This document shows, one piece after another, positions 37,711-50,765 of a DNA stretch of 64,000 nucleotides. Position 1 is the first letter of the stretch, and each line of letters opens with the position of its first letter. Under the pieces are notes generated by a model. That model was given only the letters and a program-made list of their open reading frames with translations. It ran no database searches and had not been told where the DNA came from. Both the position numbers and the translations under genes were made by a program. The stretch lies in assembly GCF_018350175.1 (NCBI RefSeq), contig NC_058368.1, positions 210,616,001 to 210,680,000 on the forward strand, given 5' to 3'. Origin of the DNA: Felis catus (Eukaryota).

Positions 37711-39589
37711 CTAAGGGAAGAGATTAAAAGAGAAGTAAGAGACATTAATAAGTAATTTAGGACTAAAGATCAGTGCTTAAACAGTAAGTTGTTTTTATTT
37801 CGATATTTGTCTTTAAGAAAATGGTTCTCTAGTTTAAATCTCACCCTGCAACTTGCTGGTTGTACCCTTGGAAAGATATCAAAGATCTTGGAGCCTCTGT
37901 TTCCTAATCTAATAATGACTGGAATTGTCACATTAGATTAAGTAACATTTATAAAAAGTAATTTACGCAGTTTGGCACCTAATGAACAAGCCTAAGTGTT
38001 ACTTCCTTATTCATGAAAAAAACATATTCATTTACTATTAATGAAAACTTCTAATGCCAGATCAACCATATCTACAGATTTACAGAATTTTAGACGAGTG
38101 GATTATTTTGAGGGGAGACTTTTACATTTCTCCGTGTTTTTTTTTTAATATTAGGAATAAATCGATCTGTTTTTTGTCCATTTAAAATAGCAGTGTCTTA
38201 CATTTTAGACCACAGTCATTGAAAAAAATAAATGTAAAATACTATCAAAATGTAGAAGGGATACAAACACGTGTGAAAAATGTAGAGTTATATTTATGCA
38301 GTTTCTTTTCTTTCCCTCACAGATTTAGGGAAATGTTCTAAGAATGTAACTTTCTTTTCTCCAGAGCTGAGTTCCAAAGGTTTCAATTTGACTGAGGTCA
38401 TTTCACTCAAGAAGACAGGAGTTAGTTCACTATCTGAGCTGACCCCTGCTGAGTGACACACATACTGCTTATTTTCAGTCACTGCCAGGAATCATAGTGA
38501 ATCATTTTCTGGTGAGACCTTGTTTTTTGAAAATGCAGATTTCCTACAGACAGAGGTCAAACTCAAGTGAACTAAGTGAAAAAGAACAGCCGCTCCCCAT
38601 TGTTAATACTACGTGTTCTTTGACTAGAGAGTATTTACACTAATACTGACTGCTGACTGTTCACTTGGGGATTAAAGAGTCAGCTGCCCGTGATCACCTG
38701 ACACTCTGCAGCATGGAGAACATCATCAGCTTCAGATGTTTAAATCAGCCCTGGCTAAGTTTGCAGTTGAAGTCAGAGGCCATAATTTTCACTAGCAGTT
38801 AATGGAGGAAAGCTGAGAGAGTTTGGAAATGTTTGACTTGGGTGCTTTGAAAACACAATGCACCATAGCAGCCATCATGTTTTGTTACAAATGAGAGGAT
38901 TGGAGAAAACCTTAAAGTCAGATTCCCTGAAGGCACAGTGGGATGAAAATCCCTTCAAGTCACTCTTAGTAATTCGTATTTTGTCCTCATGTAATTGGGT
39001 CCTGACTCATTTGCTTATAAGAATTCCCCTGTGACATTCAGATTTTAATGCTAAAAGGTTTTTTTGTTACCTCCTATTGAATGGAAACCTTAACTTGAAG
39101 CATATATGCTTGATTTGCAGGTTTGCTGAAAAATAATTTACATTGATTCGGTATGTGTTTGTTATAAGAAACTATACTCGTTAGGTCGGTATAGAAAACC
39201 AGGTGTTCACTTACATTTGTGGATATATTGGTCATAGGAAATTCATTGATTTTCCTCACTAACAACTCAGCTACGATATCTGCATTGATCTTGTTACATT
39301 TATTTAACCAAAGCATTTTCTTAATAATTTAGGAATATTACTTGAAATTACCTCTTTGTATAAGATCTATGAAAGCAGAAGTTAAATAAACGACTTTGAC
39401 CGAATAACTATAAGATCCAACACCAAATCTGGAATTTGCACCTAGGTATTGCCCGCATGGGGATTTCTGGGACATGAGTTTGGACCCTCTGTCATCATGG
39501 CACTGCAACAAGGAAAGCCTTTTCACATGGCTCAGAAATGTTTCCTGGGCACCGCAATTACCAACAAACCGTCAATAGTAATAAGAGTA

Positions 39590-39830
39590 GCAATAATTAT
39601 AATGTTTAACATTTATTTTTGGGTGCATCCTATCTGCCAAGCCCTAAGCTAAGCACTTTATATGTACTAAGTCATTAAATCCATACAAGAACCCCATGAG
39701 GTATGTATGGTAACCTATTTTACAGATGGGGAAACTAAGGCACCGTGAGGTCACTTGGCCAAGGTCACCCAGTGCATAGGTGTGAACCCAATCAGTGTGA
39801 CTCTTGGGCCGCTCTCTCAGCCACAAAGCC
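39590..39830 (-). mobile_element. MIR in SPEF2 last intron
   Basis: CTAAGCACTTTA...CCTATTTTACAGATGGGGAAACTAAGGCAC...CACTTGGCCAAGGTCAC. Confidence 0.85.
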
Positions 39831-42099
39831 AGGATGCCTCCCAATAGGAGCAAGAATTAAACACGCCAAAATGACTATGAATACTCAGTTTTTTCAAAGA
39901 TATATTTCAAAATGCTGCTGCTTCCAAACACAAACCTTGTAAACAGAGCTATCAGGCAACAACCTTCACTTCCCACTGTTTATAACAGCAAACAACATTT
40001 TAACCTGAAAAACCACATTCTAGCTTTTGCTCTACTTATCTTGAAAGATCTTCAAATAACATCACTGTGGTTAAAGTTCATTTTAAAATGTGATCTATTT
40101 ACTTCTACATGGATATCTGGAGCAGAAATGGTGACAGGATGGGTTTGGTAGAAACTGAATCTTCAGAGATTTTTTTTTTTTTTCTTTTCCTTCATTTCTC
40201 TTCTTTCTTTTCTTTTTTTGCACAATGAAAATGAGAATGGAACATCTTACTGGAAAGAGAAGCTCTTTCGTTCTAGAATATCAGAGTTCAGGCTTTTTAG
40301 GTCACAGGCTCAAGTCTCTAACTCACAGTCATATGAATGAGTCCCAATTATGCAGTCCTCTGTCCTCTCATGGCTTTGAGGTGGAGGGCCAGGAAGGACA
40401 GGGTGGGGGCGAGGAGACAGGGAGCTGAAGAAGCTGACTCTGCAGAAGCACTCTGGCCACGAAGGAAAGCACGGACAGACTGACTGGTGACAGACAGGCT
40501 TACTCTCTTTCTGCTGTTGGAGCACCAGGTGATAATGGTCCGGGGAAACTGACTCACAGAAGGTCAGATGTCCTGTGCTGGTAGGCTCTAGGTCAGAGGG
40601 GTGCTGCAAGCCAGGGAAATTTGGGGAACGTGCAAAGATGGCGTTGGTAGTCAGTATGTCCAAGCACTCCTGGGATAGAGCGGGCAGTGGCCCAGAATCC
40701 TGCCCTGCTGGAGATAGTCCTGTGTAGAGAAACCACACTGTCTACAACATCACTAGCGAGGTGTACAGCAAGTTGATCAAACTCCTTCCAAAAAGAGAGA
40801 AATGTGTACATTTAAAAACAGCCCCATGGACTCCTGCTATCCCTAGGAGTCAGGACACCTTTTCAAGGGGCTGACTCTCAAAGGCAGTCATCCACTGGCT
40901 GTTTTCTTAGGAAAATGCTGAATAGAATCTTCTCAGCAAGTTAATCATATTTAGTCTGGCCAGAGTCAAGATGTTTCCAAATCATCTGACTTTGCACAGT
41001 TTTCTTCCCTTTAGGGGAAGAAATAATTATGGCATCATTTTATGTTTCTACTGGTTCCTGGTAATACAAGATAAATTCTAATATACATAATTCCAAGGGA
41101 GTTTGAAAATTATTTTACTGGTTCAAAATGAGAGGGCCATTCCCTAAAACATAGGACAGCCATGTAAGATGAAATGCAGTCAAAGGTGATGTGCCTCTGG
41201 AACTTATACAGGATGACATCTACCCAGAAGAAAGCAAAAGGGGGTTGATTCCCACAGCTGGGGACACTCCTCTGTCCTCTCTCCCCTCCTGTCTCCAACC
41301 TGTGGTCTAGTTCTGGTGTGCTCTGTCTCCCCCCCCACTCCAACTAATTCTAGGGTCAACTGACCTATGCCCTCCTCCTCCTGTATGGGGAAGAAGCTAG
41401 TCTTCATTAATGAAAATATGAGATAGAAAAAACTGAAAAGGAACATGTAACATATCAGTTTTGATGCAAACAGCAAATGTTTGTGGAATGTATGAACACA
41501 GCAACTTGGAATAATTGCCAACAATGTTTCCAGATATTTTGGCCTATTTATATAAAGAGACACAACTTTGTTTTAAAAGAGGCCAATTAAATGTTAGAGA
41601 CACAATGATATGGTTAAGAGACAAAGAAACACTTAGAGATGAAGAAGTTGCTATCACATCACGTCCCTGCTCAGACACCTACTGGCTCCCCTTCCCCCAT
41701 GCAGTCCTGTGTCCACGCCTTTGCACAGACCTTTCCTTTTCCCTACAATGCTGTCCTCTCTCCACCCCAATGGCAGAATCCGTGCAGACCTCCTCTCCTC
41801 TCCCTCCACTTTCAAAAACTCCTGGCCGTCTTTGAAGACTCAGCTTCTGGAACAAAAAACGTCCTATGTTTTGAATTCCTGTAATGTTGTTCTTGGGTGG
41901 TTTACCTCATATCACGCTCTTGTAATTCTTGCATGTAAAAATTGTCTTACACACACAAGTGGAGTTTGGTTGAGAGCAGCAACTGAGGTTCATACTCATT
42001 TTGTCTCCCACGAAGTCTTGGATCGCTAGCCTTGGTGGTCAGTGCTCAGCGGCCAAGAGTAAGTACAGCAGCCACCAGTTCAGAAGTCCTTGCCGAGTG

Positions 42100-42310
42100 T
42101 CAGAAACCCCACCATGTGCCTGAGCAATGCCTGAGCTCATTTCATTCTCACTGCAACCGTCTCTGTCGGAATGACTGTTACTCCCATTTAACACATGCGG
42201 GGGCCAGGATGAAGAGAAAGTTTAAGTCAGGTCTCTAGTAAGTCGTCTACCTGAGATTCAGTCCCATGACTTCCTGATCCTTGAGCCTGTGTTCCTAAAT
42301 GCTATCATCA
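42100..42310 (-). mobile_element. MIR
   Basis: CATGTGCC...CTCATTTCATTCTCAC...CCCATTTAACA...GAGATTCAGTCCCA degenerate reverse MIR. Confidence 0.6.
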
Positions 42311-43398
42311 TACTTCACTACCAGATGAGTGTCTGCTGGCTTGTTAGAAATTGATTTCAGTTATTACCAACAGAGGAGATACAATTTATAAGCAAAAAGA
42401 TCAGCGATCTAAAACAAACAAATTTAGGTCTGAAGATATTCACGTCTGAATGGTCTCATTTCTGGGCATAGAAGGTTATCACTGACAAGTCAGGAGAAAT
42501 GTGTCTTAGAATCACCTTCATTTTATTGAAGTGAAAGTGCTTTTATCTTAAACTCAGCACACCCTTAATTGTCCAAGAAACAACTAGCAAGAGCCAAATA
42601 AAGAGACTTCATATGGTTGAGCCGGTACGTGAGGAGGCTGTACACCTGCCCCACTCTGATTGGGGCGTGTCTCTGCCTGCCTTGTCCCTTGTCATTGAAG
42701 ACCTGGCATTGCCAGGGTGGACACACATTCAGCACATGCGGTAGAGACTCGCTGGGTCACTGTGATCTCTGAACTGCAGCCCTCCCTTTCTTCCTTCTCT
42801 CCTTCTGTGGCAGCCTAGTCTCTATGGGTTTTGTCCTCAGTTTCTCCATCTTGCACAGTGTTTCCCTGATGGAACTGACATCCAGTCTCCTGTGTGTGCT
42901 CACACTGTATGCGCTACATAGACAATGGGTGCCATGATTAGAGAGAACAACTACGTCAGCACTTGTTTGGGGATCATGGTCTCCTTAGTTCTTTTTGGGA
43001 AGGGGGGATTCTATTCTCCATACTCTTCAGTCACAGGCTAGTTATTAGCCGGCTGGAACGATCTGGAACACTAACACTGCCTCTCATCCAGCTTTCGTCT
43101 CATTCACTCCAGCCTTCTGTCATAGATCCAAGATAGCCCCCTTCCTAATGAGGCAGCTCCATAATGTTAACAGTGTCATTCATAGTGCAGATAGCTACCT
43201 CTACTGTTCCTGGCCTTGCTGCCCGCTGGGTATCACAGGCCGGCTTCTCTAACCTGATGCTTTTACCAGCTTAGCTTCTCTGACCCTGGTTTGGCCAGCA
43301 CCAACTTCTCCCCTGTCTCTGTAGTCCGCACTGGAAACGTCCCACCATGCCCTGACCCTGAGCTTGACTGAATTAGGACACCTTGGGATAATACTCAC

Positions 43399-43521
43399 GG
43401 GGATTTTATAGTCTGAATAACTTGAAATCAGGTCTTGAATAAAAGGGTGCTTCAAAAGAACAGCAACTCTGACTGGTTCCAGATTCTTGGCACCTAGGTC
43501 TTGAAATACTTTTATGAAGTT
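43399..43521 (-). CDS. SPEF2: SPEF2, penultimate coding exon
   Basis: 123 nt, TTCTTCTTTAAAG|...|GTGAGT, phase 0/0. Translates NFIKVFQDLGAKNLEPVRVAVLLKHPFIQDLISSYSDYKIP. Confidence 0.93.
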
Positions 43522-43718
43522 CTTTAAAGAAGAAAAAAAAAAGTGAAGTTAACTTCACAATCCTGCAGATGTTAAAAACTTGTTTTACTTAATAGAGGAA
43601 TTTGCCATAATTTCTATACAATGATACATTTGAGAGCAATTCCATGAAACTATGCTAAGACTTGAGGGTGAGTTTTCTTATGTACAAGTTACCCCTTTTC
43701 TGAAGGAGTCTAACCAAC

Positions 43719-43958
43719 CTCTGAGTCAGCGTTCTCTATCTGTAGGTGGCTGGCAAATCTGTTAGCGTCCTGCACTTCTTTTCCCCCTCGGAACACTTTG
43801 AGTAGTCTTTCCAAAGAAATCTTTTCAGTGTTTGCGTTCTCAGGGATATCTTCTTCCTTTTCCTCCTTTTCTTCTCTTAATTCCCTTTCCTCACTCATGA
43901 AGTGTCCCTCACGTTCAGGATATTCCTCAATTGGACTCATATCAGTAAAAGAGGAGGC
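43719..43958 (-). CDS. SPEF2: SPEF2, third-from-last coding exon
   Basis: 240 nt, CGTGCAG|...|GTTGGT, phase 0/0. Translates ASSFTDMSPIEEYPEREG...DIPENANTEKISLERLLKVFRGGKEVQDANRFASHLQIENADSE. Confidence 0.92.
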
Positions 43959-44569
43959 CTGCACGATTTAATGAAGACAATATGAAGTCAGACTGAAGAG
44001 TTTCCAGTAATGGAGACATTTAAACACACCAATGTTGTCACACACTTTTCACGCAATGAAGCGATGGTGCCTCCCACAACCTAGCCAAACAAAGTACCGA
44101 AGAGAGCGTACTAACTGCACTGGAGATCACATCGAGATTCTAGACCAATTCTGCCTGTGGATCCAGACACCTCAGTGTGGGGTGTGTCTTACCTCCATAG
44201 ATGCTTCAGCTCATGCACTGCCAGGCACTTTGGATTCCTCTGTAAGTGGACACTGGAGTGAATTAGTGTGCCTGATGTCTGCCTTCTGCACATGAATATA
44301 GATTTTTAAAGGATTTGCTTTGGAAACTGACTGTAGCCGAGAGGTTATGGCAAGTTAATTTCTCAAGCTTGATAGATTCTAAGAGCTTCAGAAACATTTG
44401 TTCGCATACCAGAGGTTAAACCCAACTAAACATTCAGATGGCAAAATAGAAAACAAATTGAACATAGAAAGTCAGGTGGGATTTTTACGGCTGCTCATTG
44501 AAACACGGCCAAGAGCCATGAAGTCGGTCGGCCTCATGAGTATGGTAAAGAGTACAGTATTTCTGAAGT

Positions 44570-45290
44570 AATTTCTTGTGTTTCAAAAACCTGAAAAACA
44601 TTCCTGCCTGTTGACCTTGTAATTATAGATCTAGGAATTGATTCTAACAAAAACATTCATTTGCACAAAGACTTCTATATATGGATGTTTGTTCAGTGTT
44701 ACAGCAAACACAGAAAATCTGCAATTCCAAAATCAGAGAGTGGTGACATAAATTATAGTATATTTCTGTGATGGAATACTATACTGCCATAAAAAGTGTG
44801 GTTTAGAAGAGTACCTAGTGACTTGAGAAAACACTCATAGAGGTAAATGCAAAAAAAACCCATAAAATGATAAATACACTAGGATACTCATTTTCTTATA
44901 TATCTATGCTTATTAGTGAAAAAAAGAAAGGGGCACCTGGGTGGCTCAGTTGGTTAAGCATCCGACTTTAGCTCAGGTCATGATCTTGTGGTTCACAAGT
45001 TTGAGTCCTGCATCAGGCTCTGTGCTAATAGCTCAGAGCCTGGAGTCTGCTTTGGATTCTGTGTCTCCCTCTCTCTGCCCCTCCCCTGCTCACACTCTGT
45101 CTGTCTCTATCTCTCTCTCAAAAATAAATAAAAACATATACAAATTTAAAAAAAAAGAAAAGAAAAGAAAAGAAAAGAAAAGAAAAGAGAAAAGAAAGAT
45201 ACAGTAAAGAGTTAACAAATGTTTACCTCTGGTTAGAGAATGGATGATATTTTTTTCACTCGTTGTACTTTCCACATACTCTACATATTT
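44570..45290 (+). mobile_element. Old L1ME-type 3' fragment interrupted by a SINE
   Basis: CTAGGAATT...GCACAAAGAC...GGATGTTT...TAAATTATAGTATATT...GATGGAATACTATACTGCCATAAAAA. Confidence 0.65.
44930..45198 (+). mobile_element. CAN-SINE with (GAAAA)n-expanded tail
   Basis: GGGGCACCTGGGTGGCTCAG head, CT tract and pentamer tail. Confidence 0.93.
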
Positions 45291-47479
45291 GTATTTATTG
45301 TATTCACTGTAATAAACGCATATATGTGTGTGAGTTTTTCATGATCAGATTGTTGATATTTGATGATTTGCCACAGAAAAATGGGTGTTTTTGGAATGTT
45401 GACTGATTAGATGCCATAACACACCTGAATACCGACTCTCCTTTATCCCAAGAAAGGAAAAATGATAAACTTAGGCTTAAAATAAAAGGAGGGTTTCAAT
45501 GTTTATAAATATTCAGTTCAGTATAAGCATTAAGTGCAAGTTAATTAGTCATGAAAGTTCTTTCCAAATAGGTATGAAAGCCCTATATATAAAAAATTAT
45601 GATACAGCAGGAAATGAAGCCTGTGATAGTGGTAAGTCCCTTTAGGAGATTTGTAGGGGCTGTGAACAGTGTAATGAAGACAGGTTTCATTTGTTCTAGC
45701 TCTGTGTGGGTTGGGTTTCTATATCCTTTGGTAAACTTGGAATTTAATCTAAGACAGAGAGAGAATGCATTATCAGGTGAAGATTTTGGAATTAAGTATA
45801 GATCTATCTTTCTATCTATCTACCTACCTACCTATTACCCATCTATCTACCTATTCAAACTCTTCTCTATTTTAAACAACTGAAATATTACATTGCAGAA
45901 ATGTGAAACTGGCCTTTTTGTGCCCACCTAAGACGCTTGGAGATCATCACACAGGTAGTGTAGGATGAATGGATTTCTACTTAGACTGCAATATAAATGT
46001 TACAAGGACACAATAAATACAAAGCCTGTGGGTGAATAAATAATTAGTCAGATTAGATGAGCAGGTGATACCTAAATAAAAGAGAGAAAGAGCCTTGTCT
46101 CTCTGCCCCATTTTCATAGACTAACTATTCAGAGGCCTGATATAATCATCCTGGGATAAATGAATTGTTGCCTTTTGGTAACAGTCCCCAGAACAGTGCC
46201 TGGCCATGAATTTCCTTCATTCAATCAGTTCAGTCCCACAACTCAGAGGCAGAACAGAAGGTCAGTCCTTGGGACTAATATGGGTCAAGTGTCAAAAGAG
46301 TAAGATGGAATTAAAATTTAGATGTTTTGAACCCCAGCACTTCAAATGCTCTCCCAAGATGCTTTAACAAGATTTTTAAAATGTGGGAGTTTCAAACTCA
46401 CAATTTACTGAATTCCAACATCACAACACCACACCACATAGGCCAGAATGAACCATTTTTCCAAATGTCAACTTATTTAAAGCTTCACTAGGACCAGCAC
46501 ATACTCATGAATGCTTTGCTCTTGGGATTCTTTTAAGTTACCCAAGAAACTATGGATTTGAACAGAAAGCCTGTGCCACATTGAATAAAACAGCATGAGT
46601 CACTGAAATAGAGTAAGGAAGAATAAAATATTGTGGATGTTTCCAGTCATTCATGTGGAAAGCAAAAGCAGAGATCTGACTTAATGTCTTGGGAGTGAAT
46701 ATGGATCTGTTGGAGGTGTTATTTCTGAGTAAACTCATTATGGCTTCCTGGGATGAGGTTGCCCAGGAAACAAACACAGCTGGAAAGGGCACAGAAACAG
46801 AGTGGCATAATTGGAGGCAGGATGCTAAGAACAAGAGGTGAGCAAGAATGAGGGGGGTGGGCGGATTCTGTATTTCAAAAGCTCAAGCACCTTGGGTTCA
46901 CCCGAAGCCAGGAACAGGCCTGTGTGTGGTATGTCACAGGCACGCTCTCTGCCTCGTGCCCCTCAGGCCTGTTCCATCCCTGTGGTGTTGTGGAGCAGTT
47001 CCTGTGCAGTGTGCTTGGACTTTAGAAGAGCTTTGAGGAGAAGCACTCCAGGGGCATTGCTTCTTGGTGGGGCATTAGCTTCCCTGAATGAGTGGTTTAG
47101 GGACAGAGGGGATGCAGAGCCCTCCTGTGCTAGCTGGCCTGGCTGCTACTCACCCAGACAGCTGTATGTTGCTATAGGAACAATTCTAGCACAGGCTTCC
47201 TTTTTCCTGGACTTTCTAGCTCATTGCAACCTCCTGGATTCACTATTGCCTCTGATGGGAATGCCTGCTCTCCTCCTCTCTACCTTAGAAACAGAATTCC
47301 ATTCCTCCTCGCTCTCTCCTCTTCCCATCTTTCCCTCCATGTTTATAAACATCAATTGAACATTTGCTATGTGGCTACTACTGTGGTGAACATGAAGGTG
47401 GGTAACAGGTTGTCCCCAATTCAAGGTAGAAATAACTTATTAGAAGGATTCAAAAGACAAACAGCTGCCTGAATTACTA

Positions 47480-48000
47480 GCTCTTCTTACTTCCCTCCTT
47501 TGTTCCCCCACAGTATGCTCTAACACAGCAGCCAGAGAGATCTCCATACATTTAAAGTCAGATGGCCATATTCCAATAACTTCTCATCTCATCTCTCAGC
47601 AAAGTCAAAGCCAAGGTCCCTACAGTGGCTCCTGGGTCCTTCTCCCCCTCATTTATTTTTCTTACTACTCTCCTCCAGCTCATTCCTCTCCAACTATAAT
47701 GGCTGGTCTTTGGAATACACCCAACACCCCCTCCCCCCCCACCCCCCCACCCCCCCCACTGTCTGGCTTTGGCATCTGCTGCTGTCTTTACTTACAATTG
47801 AAACTACCTTGCTGTTCTTCCCAGCGTTGCAACCTACCCCAGCTCCTGTATTTTTCCCTATATTATTATTTTCCTGTAGCATTTATTATCATATGATGTA
47901 GTCTATATGTTACTTACTTTATTCCTCATACCAAGGGTGGTTCCCAGTACACAGAGAAGCTGGGAAAATATTTGTTGAATAAATGCATGTATGCATGAAG
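47480..48000 (+). mobile_element. L2 3' fragment
   Basis: CTAACACAGCAGCCAGAG...AAAGCCAAGGTCCCTACAGTGGC...AAATATTTGTTGAATAAATG terminal L2 motif. Confidence 0.7.
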
Positions 48001-49095
48001 TGGTGCCCAGCCCTACCAGAGAGGATCTGATTCTAAGGGGGCCCCGTTGAGACCTCTCAGTGTTGCTCTTGAGTGTCAGGGGAAACTTCGTGAATCATCT
48101 GGTAGTTGAAATGGGCCCTGGATACTGGGGAGGCCTTGAGCCCTTCAGAATGAGATGAAGGGGACACCAGGTGGAGGCAATAGCAAAAACAATGATAGGG
48201 AGGTGGGAAAAAGGAAAAGACAAACACCTCTTCTGATCAGTAAGACCCTATGTTAATCTGTCCTTTTCGCTGTGTTCCTTCCATGTCTGGCACATTGTTT
48301 TCTGCATGGATGGGGGCAATTAGATGGAGTCTCTTTAGGGGAGCCATCAGCCTTCTTCTGTATCCCTTGCAGACCACAGGGCTATTTACAAAGTGAATTA
48401 CATAATTAACTGACCCACTCAATGAAATCTTTACGGAGCTCTATGCCAGTAATTCGGGTTCAGGGTTGTGACAGGTTCAGAACAAGACAGATGGCACCTC
48501 CCTGTCCCCTGGGTGCTTAGAGTCTAGCAAAGAACTGACCTGAAGAAGTGACTGTGAGGAGGATCGTGAAGGGAGAAACATAGAACTCTATGGAAACATA
48601 TGGCAGGGGCTGCCTGACATCACCTGAGGTCAGGGAAAGTCTCCTGGAGGACAGACATGTGACTAAGATCTCCTGGCAGGCCGCGATCCATGCCAGAGTT
48701 AGCTTAGGGAGGCCCAATCTATGGGGGGAGGGTACAGAAGCATCCCTGGGGAAGCGGCAAATGCAGTCCCAACAAAGGCAGTCCATATCTGACTCCTTAT
48801 TTACTTGGGAAAACTGAAACTGGCCTTCTACTATCTAAGAAGACAGAATACTTGAATGAAATAAACACTCATTGCTGCACTTTCTGTCACTGTGCAGGTA
48901 TTGAAGTAGCATCTACAGCACATCAGGTTGAAGAGCCTTGAGTTGGCAGCTTACTGGGCACCTGTCTGGCCTCACTCTGACCCTGATGGAAGAGGAAGGA
49001 CATCTCTTGTCCATTTGTCCCAGGTCAAAATTTAGGGTTGCATCTCAGAGAGTCTATTTCTTCCTAGATATGAAAGCTGTCACAGAAACTTCCTT

Positions 49096-49167
49096 TTTTC
49101 TTTCTTCCTTCCTTCCTTCCTTCCTTCCTTCCTTCCTTCCTTCCTTCCTTCCTTCCTCTTTCTTTCT

Positions 49168-49262
<95 letters not shown>
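49096..49262 (+). repeat. Compound (TTCC)n(TTTC)n microsatellite, polypyrimidine/polypurine tract
   Basis: Seen directly. Explains the ERKK and SFFL pseudo-ORFs. Confidence 0.97.
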
Positions 49263-50074
49263 AAAAGAACCCAGCATAGTCTATTTTGACGGACATGTAT
49301 GAAAGGCAAACAAGTGTGCCTAGGACATCTGAGGAATTTGGACTGGGCAGTACCCTTCTGCCCTTTGTGTCCATAAACGAAGAGAGAAAAAACATTCCAT
49401 TACAAGAATCACAGCTCTGTCCCCAAAATGTCAGAGGGATACTAAAAAGTCATGCAGAAGAACATCTAATAAGTACATTAGTTTGTACTCTGTTCTGAGG
49501 CTTTTCCACCCAAGACAGCCAGGGAATGCCAAGCCTTTAGAAATCTAAAAGGGAATGTGAGGTTTAATTAGCTATTAAGCTTCTTTGTCTTTAGATGTGG
49601 GATATACAAAGTACTTGTGGGTTTCAGGAGACTGGGCTTTGGCCTGAAACACTATCAAGTGTCACATGTATGTGGGATGTCTGAGGCCTGGCTTGTTGCA
49701 TTTAGACTTTCCACACAGTATGACAGATAGATTGGGTTGATACCCACTTATTCACTTATCAGGATAAGTACTTCATGTAAAATAAAGGCTGTCCTTTACA
49801 GAACAAACTTGGATTCCACCAACAAATTTTGAGCAAATTTTGACTTTACTACAAAGGTTTTTGTTTTTTGTTTTTTGTTTGTTTGTTTGACAGTGGGTCT
49901 CTAGTTCTTAAGCCAATTGAATAAAGCTTTATTGAAGACCTAGTGTGTGTAAAGCACTGTGTTAGGTATCCAGAAAAATACAGAGATGAAAAAAACTTCT
50001 GTTGTTAGAAGTTTAAGATCTTCTGGTAGCCCCCTCCAGACCCCATTGCTGGCCCATTTCTGGACCACAATTAC

Positions 50075-50254
50075 CTTTTCTGCAATAAAAGTAGGAGTTT
50101 TGGTTGGTTGGAAGACGTGAGTCCCAATGGCCACACTGAGGGCCCTGTAGACCCCTTCCACAGCATCTGGATGACAAGCAAAATAAAGCAGCATCTGTGT
50201 GTAGTCAAGTTGAGGTGGGTCCTTCTCATAGTCAGCAAATAGCCTAAAGAAAAA
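50075..50254 (-). CDS. SPEF2: SPEF2, fourth-from-last coding exon
   Basis: 180 nt, GTGACAG|...|GTAATT, phase 0/0. Translates FFFRLFADYEKDPPQLDYTQMLLYFACHPDAVEGVYRALSVAIGTHVFQPTKTPTFIAEK. Confidence 0.93.
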
Positions 50255-50517
50255 CTGTCACACAAGAAGAATTCCGATCAAACATAAAAGGTGAAAACTG
50301 GTAGTTAATAGATGGACAGGCAATGAAAGATCCTTCCAGGAGCTTTGGAATATAGCCACTTTCTGAGGATTGAATTAGTAAAAGTAATATATAATGAATA
50401 GTATTAACTGAAGAATATGCTAAATTAAAAAAACAGAATAAATAAGGCTCAATATTCTAATTTTAAAGAAAATTGTATGCTAATTAATGGTATCAACATA
50501 TTTAGGAAAGAATGTGC

Positions 50518-50559
<42 letters not shown>
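50518..50559 (+). repeat. (TAA)14 microsatellite
   Basis: Seen directly. Confidence 0.95.
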
Positions 50560-50562
<3 letters not shown>

Positions 50563-50765
50563 TGTGGGGATGACATGTGAAGCAGGAAAAGGGAACCACA
50601 GAACAAAGACCCATCCATCTATCTATCCTTATCACCATTCTGACAAACTGGGCCCTGACTACTAAATATGAAGCTTCTGGTATATCTCCCTACCCTGAGT
50701 GGCAAGAGGGGGAAATGATAACTAAAGCCACTGGGACTCTAGCCATTAAAATCTTTCAACTGGTC

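Noticed and set aside
46838..47359. Longest ORF in the track (173 aa, plus strand, antisense in a SPEF2 intron)
   Set aside because: Non-ATG start, no recognisable domain, and it runs into repeat-like sequence. Expected by chance in 64 kb.
48938..49309. Low-complexity ERKK and SFFL ORFs
   Set aside because: Translations of the (TTCC)n(TTTC)n microsatellite.
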